A DNA stretch of 64,000 nt. Source: a virus. The stretch is taken from the IMG/VR virus record IMGVR_UViG_3300027770_000032. One strand, written 5' to 3'. Below, in pieces: positions 56,932-64,000 of the stretch (the first letter of the stretch is position 1; each line of letters begins with the position of its first letter). The notes beneath the pieces were generated by a model. It did no database searches and was not told the origin of the DNA. It saw only the letters and a program-made list of their open reading frames with translations. The translations under genes and the position numbers were made by a program.

Positions 56932-58230
56932 ATGATTTCTCAAATTAGAGACGGACAGTTTAAACTTAACGCGTTTTTCATGATTGATAACACAGCAAAA
57001 ACTGACGATTGTGGTAAAGTTGTTGATTTGACTCCTGTCTGTGTACAAGCAAACATATATGAATCTATACTCGAACCTGCTGTTCGTGCACAATTTGAAT
57101 TCTATGAGGCGAAGGGCGCAGGAGATAAATTTGTTTTTACAGATAAGAAAATTATCATTGATTTTACAACAGATGAAGACAATTTAAAATCGTCTATTCG
57201 ATATGAACTTTATGTTATTAATAAACCAGTTACTTTTAATTCTCCCGATGATAAAGCATTAATTTATAAAGTGGAGTGTGTTACATATGAAGCCTGGAAA
57301 GCTTCGACTATTAAAAACACGCCGCTCGTTAGAAAAAATATTGAGTGCGAGAATATGGTAAAAGCGTATCTTAACTTGGTGAAATCAAACAAACCTTTCT
57401 TTGCAGAAAAAACACGTGGATTGCACGCATTTAACTTTACTGAAAAGACTCCATTCGAGTGTATTGATCAAATTAGATTAGAGCACGCAATGTCTCAAGA
57501 ATTTAACGGTCATTGTTTTTACTTCTTTGAAAACAAGTATGGATTTGTTTTTAAAAGTATGGAAGCACTAATCAAAGAAGGCATAAAAAATATCGGCGAT
57601 AAGTGTTTTACACAATCTACTTTAACCAACTTAAATGTAACCGGGGCAAAGTGGAGAAATATTTTAACTACTAAAATTATTCAAAGCGGCAACGAAGGAA
57701 TTTTAAGATTAATTGGAGGTGGAAGATCGACGTGTCAACTACAAAATAGTGTCACTGGAGATATCATTTCTTTTCAAGCTGATCCAAAAAATTTACAATT
57801 CGAAACACTAAACGAAGGATCTGCATCTACAAATCTTAAAGCTCAGGTTGAAAAAACTGAAGATGGAAATGAAGGAGCTCCTCGAGCGATTCCTTTTGAT
57901 CCGACTATTGGAAATGCAGAAAGAGCCGAAAAGTTTAATCATATGCCTTATTATATGAGTCATTTTTTAACAGTGGTTATGCAAATCACTATTTATGGAG
58001 ATTCGGCCATTACTGTTGGGGACGTGATTCACTGTCAATTACCCGAAGCGGCCGGCCTTACAAGAGGAGAAGAAAATCCTGTAAATGAAGATAGCGCTAT
58101 CACGACAGGTAATTATGTTGTAACTAAATGTCGTCATATGCTGACTTTCAACGAAAAAGCAGAATATGCACAGGGGTTAGAGCTCGTAAAAGATGGCATC
58201 GGTGGATTGCCAAAAACACATACAGTTTAG
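56932..58230 (+). CDS. Baseplate hub (gp27-like)
   Basis: NIYESI, YFFENK, GNYVV..CRH; lies directly before gp5. Confidence 0.65.
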   Translation: MISQIRDGQFKLNAFFMIDNTAKTDDCGKVVDLTPVCVQANIYESILEPAVRAQFEFYEAKGAGDKFVFTDKKIIIDFTTDEDNLKSSIRYELYVINKPVTFNSPDDKALIYKVECVTYEAWKASTIKNTPLVRKNIECENMVKAYLNLVKSNKPFFAEKTRGLHAFNFTEKTPFECIDQIRLEHAMSQEFNGHCFYFFENKYGFVFKSMEALIKEGIKNIGDKCFTQSTLTNLNVTGAKWRNILTTKIIQSGNEGILRLIGGGRSTCQLQNSVTGDIISFQADPKNLQFETLNEGSASTNLKAQVEKTEDGNEGAPRAIPFDPTIGNAERAEKFNHMPYYMSHFLTVVMQITIYGDSAITVGDVIHCQLPEAAGLTRGEENPVNEDSAITTGNYVVTKCRHMLTFNEKAEYAQGLELVKDGIGGLPKTHTV

Positions 58231-58240
58231 AGGATGATAA

Positions 58241-59050
58241 ATGCAAGTTCCAAGATTTTTTGAAGGTATAGTAGCAGAAGATCCGACGACAGATCTCGGT
58301 TTAGAAGCTGATAAACCACAAACTGGCAGAGTTTTAGTAAGAGAACTTTTAGGTCACTCTAATCAAGTGAATTCTGAAGATTTATTGCCGTCATATATTA
58401 TGATGCCAACTACGAGCGCCGGAGTTTCTGGAATTGGATTAAGTCCGACTGGTCTCTTAAAGGGATCTCGAGTGATGTGTATGAAGCTTCCAAATCAACA
58501 GTCAGCATATATTCTTGGTGTGTTAAACTATGCACCAGAAGATAATCATAGCGTATCTTCTTATGCTCGAGGTCAAGGCGAACCAGAACTGAAAACTCGT
58601 AATCGTATTAAAACCGATGACGGGTTTGATGTTGAACCAGCATCAAAGTATAAAGCAAAGTATCCTTACAATAGTACGATGACTACTCGAAGTGGGCATA
58701 TCCTTGAGTTTGACGATACTCCTGGATCAGAGCGTGTTCAAGTTTATCATAAGTCTGGATCTTATTTAGAGATCTTACCAGATGGTACGATTGTCACAAA
58801 GTCAGTAAACGATTATATTCAGTTGGCAGCTGGTAATATGACAATCTTCAATGCTGGTTCCGAAAGATCTGATCAAAACATCGAGATCGTTTGTAATCAG
58901 GGTAAGATTACGATCACTGCTCAGTCTGATGTTGACATCTTTGCAAATGAAGGCAATGTAGGAATCTTTGCAAATAATGGCAGTGTACAGGTTGTATCAA
59001 AATCTGGCGTAGTAGATATTCAAGCTGCACTTGTTGGAATCAATGCATGA
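58241..59050 (+). CDS. gp5: Baseplate spike (gp5) lacking the lysozyme domain
   Basis: OB-fold N-terminus, YPYN..TRSGH.LEFDDTPG.ER...HKSG, beta-helix repeats. Confidence 0.85.
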   Translation: MQVPRFFEGIVAEDPTTDLGLEADKPQTGRVLVRELLGHSNQVNSEDLLPSYIMMPTTSAGVSGIGLSPTGLLKGSRVMCMKLPNQQSAYILGVLNYAPEDNHSVSSYARGQGEPELKTRNRIKTDDGFDVEPASKYKAKYPYNSTMTTRSGHILEFDDTPGSERVQVYHKSGSYLEILPDGTIVTKSVNDYIQLAAGNMTIFNAGSERSDQNIEIVCNQGKITITAQSDVDIFANEGNVGIFANNGSVQVVSKSGVVDIQAALVGINA

Positions 59051-60381
59051 AACCAATCGTCTATGTTCCTGATGTTCCTAATTTAGAATGTGGTTCTAAC
59101 GGGCAAATATCTTTCCGTCAAATGGAAGACTATTTCGTAGGCATTGCAAAGATCACGAGTCAACTCAAGTTACAAGCGAAGTTTATTCAAGATGACTGCG
59201 GTAAAGAATTGCTTGGTGCCGTTCTCAATATGGAAAAGCTGGTCGACGATATTACTGGCATTCTGATGACAGACGTCTTTAAAAAGATTAAGTCAAGAGA
59301 ACAAGAGATGAAGTATAAGGTTCGAGAGTTTTTGAAAGAGATCGACGTCTTCTTTCAAAAGAAAATCGTAGAAGCTTTGCTGAAAATTGTTGATATTCTT
59401 GGAATTCCAAATCCACTTGAGATTCCAATTCCGTTCATTACTGCTGTGACTCTCTTAGATGAAGCCGGTAATCCGATTAGTTATCAACCAGTCGTCAAGG
59501 ATTTTTTTACAAAAGAAGGCAAAGTCAAGATCAAAGCCGCCATGGCAGAAGACATCGAATCGATTCGAGCATTTTTTGGAGATGGAAAATACGACGGCAC
59601 ATTTGGAATTAAAAGTCCAGAACACGAGGCCGAAGAATTCTGGCAGAAAGCTTTGGCATGGATGAAAGAACTGCTGAGCGATTTTATTGGTGCATGTATC
59701 AATGCAATCATCGGATTGCTTACTAAGCTTCCGCCTCCACTTGGAACACTTATTAAACAGCTTGGAGTATTTATCGATCCGACGAAGCCTATTAAAGAGC
59801 AATTAAAACTGAAGTATGAAGATTTTAAGAAACGCATTAAGAAGGCAAAAGAAGACGTCTTATCTGGGAAAGCAGAGAAAGACTTGGGCGAAGAACTGCT
59901 TCAGGAACTCATAGACTTTGTCTTGAACTTGCCGATCCCGCTCTTCGGAACCTTAGGCAATTTAATTGGTTTCGATAACGAACAACGTAAAAAGAAAGAA
60001 ACAATTCACTCGAAAGAAGAATTGTGGCATCGAATTGAAGATGCATTTGAAGAAGCTATGGAAAAGATTAAGAGGTTCTTTCAGACAGATTTTATTGCCA
60101 AGATACATGATATCATACTCAAAGCTCCAGGTTGGATTCTGCAACAATTTCCAATCGTCGGCAAAATCCTCGACACAATCAAACTGATTATTGATATATG
60201 TCGCGGTAAAGTATCGATTTGCATGGTTTTAAATATCATTTTAAAACCAATATTTGGAATTCCAGATTTAATTTTAAAATTAATTCCTGATTGTATTGAG
60301 GTACGTCGAACAAAGTATGGGCTCGAACCGAATCCTGACACGTTGCCGAAGTGGGCTCAGCCTACTTCTGTCACCGTGTGA
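59047..60381 (+). CDS. Hypothetical baseplate-region protein
   Basis: Long coupled ORF. Confidence 0.7.
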   Translation: MKPIVYVPDVPNLECGSNGQISFRQMEDYFVGIAKITSQLKLQAKFIQDDCGKELLGAVLNMEKLVDDITGILMTDVFKKIKSREQEMKYKVREFLKEIDVFFQKKIVEALLKIVDILGIPNPLEIPIPFITAVTLLDEAGNPISYQPVVKDFFTKEGKVKIKAAMAEDIESIRAFFGDGKYDGTFGIKSPEHEAEEFWQKALAWMKELLSDFIGACINAIIGLLTKLPPPLGTLIKQLGVFIDPTKPIKEQLKLKYEDFKKRIKKAKEDVLSGKAEKDLGEELLQELIDFVLNLPIPLFGTLGNLIGFDNEQRKKKETIHSKEELWHRIEDAFEEAMEKIKRFFQTDFIAKIHDIILKAPGWILQQFPIVGKILDTIKLIIDICRGKVSICMVLNIILKPIFGIPDLILKLIPDCIEVRRTKYGLEPNPDTLPKWAQPTSVTV

Positions 60382-60397
60382 AGTGGATTAAGCTGAC

Positions 60398-60982
60398 ATG
60401 TTAGATCAATATTCAGTATCAGAAAATGGATATTTCTTTACGGATGTCAGCGCACCGACTGTTTCTGATACTTCTTACGGGGATTTAAGTCCGCCAGTCG
60501 CAATACGATTTACTGTACAAGAACCTGGAGTCACTACGTTTGATACCGATGTAGTCGACGATTGGTATTTGCCAATATTTGTAAACGAAGCAAATTGTAT
60601 TGATGATTTCTTTTTGTGCGCGGTTTTTGTTTTTGTAGAAGCTGATGATATTGCGGTCGATAATTGGTATCCTTTTCGATCTGAGAGTTATAATCCTACA
60701 GCTGGAACTGGAAGGGTTATTGCATATGAAGATGCTGAAGTCATTTTGAATAATTTTGTGTATGATGCAAACGATAAGCTTATTTCGTATATTGAAACAA
60801 ACAAAGCTACATCAGCTATGATACAGTATAGCTTTACTCGGTCGGCTGGTCCAGGATTAGACGCAATTGGTGGCAACGAAGATTATCAAACCTTTGCTTT
60901 TACAGGACAAGTTATTCTTCTCTCTGATGATGTTCCGAATGCTTCTATTGAAAACTACGAAGTAATACAAACAGTCGTATAA
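60398..60982 (+). CDS. Hypothetical structural protein
   Basis: Acidic beta-rich ORF. Confidence 0.65.
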   Translation: MLDQYSVSENGYFFTDVSAPTVSDTSYGDLSPPVAIRFTVQEPGVTTFDTDVVDDWYLPIFVNEANCIDDFFLCAVFVFVEADDIAVDNWYPFRSESYNPTAGTGRVIAYEDAEVILNNFVYDANDKLISYIETNKATSAMIQYSFTRSAGPGLDAIGGNEDYQTFAFTGQVILLSDDVPNASIENYEVIQTVV

Positions 60983-60986
60983 TCAT

Positions 60987-60994
60987 TATAAATA
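60987..60994 (+). promoter_or_regulatory. T4 late promoter
   Basis: TATAAATA before gp25. Confidence 0.75.
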
Positions 60995-61011
60995 AGATAA
61001 AGTAGGGTAAT

Positions 61012-61440
61012 ATGGTAGACAGAATAGACGCACTCACGACAAGGAAAACAACACAGCGTGATCCTGTGTTTACTGACTTCTATAATAATTTCAATATTCA
61101 TCCTCAGAATAAGAGACTTGCTCTTCATACCGACGAACAAGCGGTGAGAAGATCGATGCGAAATATCTTACAGACCAATACCAAAGAACGTTTGTTTAAT
61201 CCAGAATTTGGTGGAGGGCTTCGTCGATTCTTATTCGAAGATATCTCTGTCATGACATCTGATCTCATCAAAGATGCAGTGTTCGATTCGATTACCAAAT
61301 ATGAACAACGCGCTCGAATCATTGACGTCTTGGTAGTATCAAACGAGTTTGCGCATTCTTATGAAGTATCAGTCTATTATGAGATAATAAATAATGCTAA
61401 CCCGCAGACACTTCAACTCACCCTTTATAGAGTAAGATAA
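61012..61440 (+). CDS. gp25: Baseplate wedge subunit
   Basis: NILQT..ERLFNPEFG, YEQR. Confidence 0.9.
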   Translation: MVDRIDALTTRKTTQRDPVFTDFYNNFNIHPQNKRLALHTDEQAVRRSMRNILQTNTKERLFNPEFGGGLRRFLFEDISVMTSDLIKDAVFDSITKYEQRARIIDVLVVSNEFAHSYEVSVYYEIINNANPQTLQLTLYRVR

Positions 61441-63317
61441 TGGCAGATTCAAGCATCGTCCTTACACAGTTAGACTTCGATTCCTATAAGGATTCGTTAA
61501 AAACATTTCTGAAATCACAAGATCGATTTAAAGATTACGACTTCGACGGAAGCAACCTTTCGGTTCTTCTTGATGTGCTTTCGTATAACACATATCAAAA
61601 CGCGTTCTATCTCAACATGATCAGCAACGAGATGTTTCTCGATTCTGCGAAGTTACGCGACAGCGTCATTTCTCATGCCAAAGAATTAAACTATCTTCCG
61701 AGATCGTTTCGATCTTCGTCGGCTGTCATTCAATTGGTGATTACTTCGACAGATGCGGCAAAGAGATCGATCGTGATTCCAAAAGGTACATCGTTTACTT
61801 CGCGTGTCGATGATTTTACTTATAACTTTAGTACTACTGAAAACTATGTGATTACTAACCGAACTCCATCGGGATCAAACTTTGTATATGAGAGCGAACC
61901 GATTCGAATATACGAAGGTAGCTATTTGAGTGATACTTACACAGTCAATTATAGTAATCCGCTTGTCTATAAAATTAGTAATAAGCGTGTCGATCTTGAA
62001 AGTGTATTAGTCACAGTCTTTGAAGATAACGGCACGTCTGTTCAGACTTATAAGAGAGCGACATCTCTTTTTGGTCACGATGAAAATGCAAAAGTCTTCT
62101 TCTTACAGCCAGGAATTGGTGACACATACGAAGTCGTCTTTGGTGACGGAGTCGTTGGAAGAAAGCCAAAGAACAACTCTGCGTGTATCATTGAATATCG
62201 ATCATGCAACGGCGAACTTCCGAACGGCGCATTCAGGTTTATTAATACAGCGCGTATCGATAACGAAACAAATGTTGTCATTGAAACTATTACTGCATCC
62301 GCGGATGGTGCAGTTGCAGAAGATCTCAGCTCAATTAAGTACAACGCTCCTCGTGCATTCACTACACAAGAACGTGCTGTGACTTCTGAAGACTATGAGA
62401 ACTTGCTGAAAGCAAACTTTCCTGAAATCAATGCGGTGGTTGCATATGGTGGAGAAGATGCATCTCCTCCGCAATACGGCCGAATTTTCTTATCGATCGA
62501 TCTCGACGAAGTTGATGGTCTTCCAAAGATTAAAGAAGCAGAATATAAAAGATTCTTAAGATCTCGCTCTTCTGTGGCGATTGAGCCAATCTTTGTTTCT
62601 CCGGATTACACGTATCTATATGTCAATACAAATATCAAGTACAATATTAACCTCACAGGTTTAAATCCGGAAGATATTCGTACTTTGGTAATTGACTCGA
62701 TTCTGAATCACGCTTCTATCAATCTGAATAACTTTGGTCGTACTCTTCGCTACTCGAAATTTATTCGTGACGTCGATACTGCAGAAACAAGCATTATTAG
62801 TAACGAAACAAAGATAGAACTTGTGAAGTATCTGACGCCAGTATTAAGTACGACTGTCACTGGAAGTGCCACAACTACTTCTGGTTCTCTCGTATCATTG
62901 GCAACTTCAGGTGTCGTATCATCTGGTCAAAATGTAACGATCGACTTTAAAAATGCTTTGCAGAATGATATTCCAGGCAAAGGTTCAGAGTATCTTACCG
63001 GTGATATTCATGTCGTAAGCTCTTCGACATTCACATATAATGGTTTGCCAAATTGTCGTCTTGAAGATGACGGCGACGGCATCATGCGTATCGTCAATAC
63101 TTCTGGAACAAATAACAGAACTATTCTCTCCGTTGGAACTGTCGACTATGATACTGGTGTTATTCGAATCAATAACTTTAATATCACGAATTACACCGGC
63201 ACTTCTCTTAAAATCTATGCTAAACCACGTACGCTTGATATCACTTCAACTCAGAACGTGATACTCAATATTCTTGAAAATGACGTCGACGTCTCAATTG
63301 AACAGATCAGAGAATAA
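61440..63317 (+). CDS. gp6: Baseplate wedge subunit
   Basis: LDFD...DYDFDGSNLS.LLDVLSYNT, QERAVTSEDY, GTVDYDTG. Confidence 0.93.
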   Translation: MADSSIVLTQLDFDSYKDSLKTFLKSQDRFKDYDFDGSNLSVLLDVLSYNTYQNAFYLNMISNEMFLDSAKLRDSVISHAKELNYLPRSFRSSSAVIQLVITSTDAAKRSIVIPKGTSFTSRVDDFTYNFSTTENYVITNRTPSGSNFVYESEPIRIYEGSYLSDTYTVNYSNPLVYKISNKRVDLESVLVTVFEDNGTSVQTYKRATSLFGHDENAKVFFLQPGIGDTYEVVFGDGVVGRKPKNNSACIIEYRSCNGELPNGAFRFINTARIDNETNVVIETITASADGAVAEDLSSIKYNAPRAFTTQERAVTSEDYENLLKANFPEINAVVAYGGEDASPPQYGRIFLSIDLDEVDGLPKIKEAEYKRFLRSRSSVAIEPIFVSPDYTYLYVNTNIKYNINLTGLNPEDIRTLVIDSILNHASINLNNFGRTLRYSKFIRDVDTAETSIISNETKIELVKYLTPVLSTTVTGSATTTSGSLVSLATSGVVSSGQNVTIDFKNALQNDIPGKGSEYLTGDIHVVSSSTFTYNGLPNCRLEDDGDGIMRIVNTSGTNNRTILSVGTVDYDTGVIRINNFNITNYTGTSLKIYAKPRTLDITSTQNVILNILENDVDVSIEQIRE

Positions 63318-64000
63318 TGAAGAATATCGAAAAAAGAATATCTCCGTTAATTCAGAGTCAATTTCCTTCTTTTTATCAAGAAGAAGGTGAGAACTTTATT
63401 GCGTTTGTGAAAGCCTACTATGAATGGCTTGAAAATTCTGGAACATATGTTAACTATTCTGGCAATACTGTTACTCAGTATATCGCTTCGAATAATGATA
63501 TTATAGAAGTCACTGCTGATCAACTTGCTAACTCAACATATATGTCGAGTATCACACGATATCAACCAATTGATGCAAATCCGCTTTACCATGCTCGAAG
63601 GCTGCCAGACTATCGCGACATTGATAGTACGACAGATGATTTTATCGTTCACTTCAAAGAGAAGTATCTAAAGAACATTCAGTTCGATACCGCCACGAAT
63701 AAGAAACTTCTTGTCAAAAACTCTCTCGATTTGTATCGTGCCAAGGGCACTGAGCGCGCAGTCGATCTCTTCTTTAAACTTGTATATGGTACGGCAGCAG
63801 AAGTTCGATATCCTGCAGAGAAGATCTTTCGCTTATCAGACGGAGTGTACGAAAAACCAGAATATCTTGAAATGGGATATTCGATCTATAACATTGATTA
63901 TGTCGGTAAGCAAGTTGTTGGCCAACTTTCAGGAGCCAAAGCCTTCGTCGAGAAGTACATTCGGAGAAGAGTCGGAAAAGGCTTCGTCAACCTACTTTAT
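63317..64000 (+). CDS. gp7: Baseplate wedge initiator (partial, runs off the window)
   Basis: Manually read MKNIEKRISPLIQSQFPSFYQEEG..FVKAYYEWLE...YRAKGT. Confidence 0.75.
   Translation, partial: MKNIEKRISPLIQSQFPSFYQEEGENFIAFVKAYYEWLENSGTYVNYSGNTVTQYIASNNDIIEVTADQLANSTYMSSITRYQPIDANPLYHARRLPDYRDIDSTTDDFIVHFKEKYLKNIQFDTATNKKLLVKNSLDLYRAKGTERAVDLFFKLVYGTAAEVRYPAEKIFRLSDGVYEKPEYLEMGYSIYNIDYVGKQVVGQLSGAKAFVEKYIRRRVGKGFVNLLY

Overview
This is a 64-kb segment of a T4-like myophage genome. It carries core replication genes (gp43, uvsX, gp41, gp61, rnh, gp59, gp32, gp33) and nucleotide metabolism genes (thyX, nrdA/B, glutaredoxin). It also carries a lysis cassette with an embedded spanin pair and the baseplate/tail module (gp26, 51, 54, 2, 4, 48, 53, 27-like, 5, 25, 6, start of gp7). 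An alphaproteobacterial host is inferred from a circularly permuted two-piece tmRNA gene (tag ANDNDSFADIRLAA). Regulation uses about 16 TGTACA-N17-TAnnnT early-type promoters (three sit in an identical 56-65 bp promoter+RBS cassette), T4 TATAAATA late promoters and UUCG/GNRA terminators. Highlights: (1) a late-expressed block of putative head-packaged cargo, namely a nuclease/HAD/ligase-like/HxGH-nucleotidyltransferase cluster and large modular proteins with T4 capsid-targeting-like FxEF motifs and repeated (I/L/V)xE protease sites; (2) a heptose biosynthesis + glycosyltransferase + O-methyltransferase operon; (3) the two-piece tmRNA; (4) two unexplained structured RNA candidates; (5) an M15 peptidase + GH19 dual-domain endolysin missed by the ORF track. 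All annotations come from motif recognition by eye; no searches were run.
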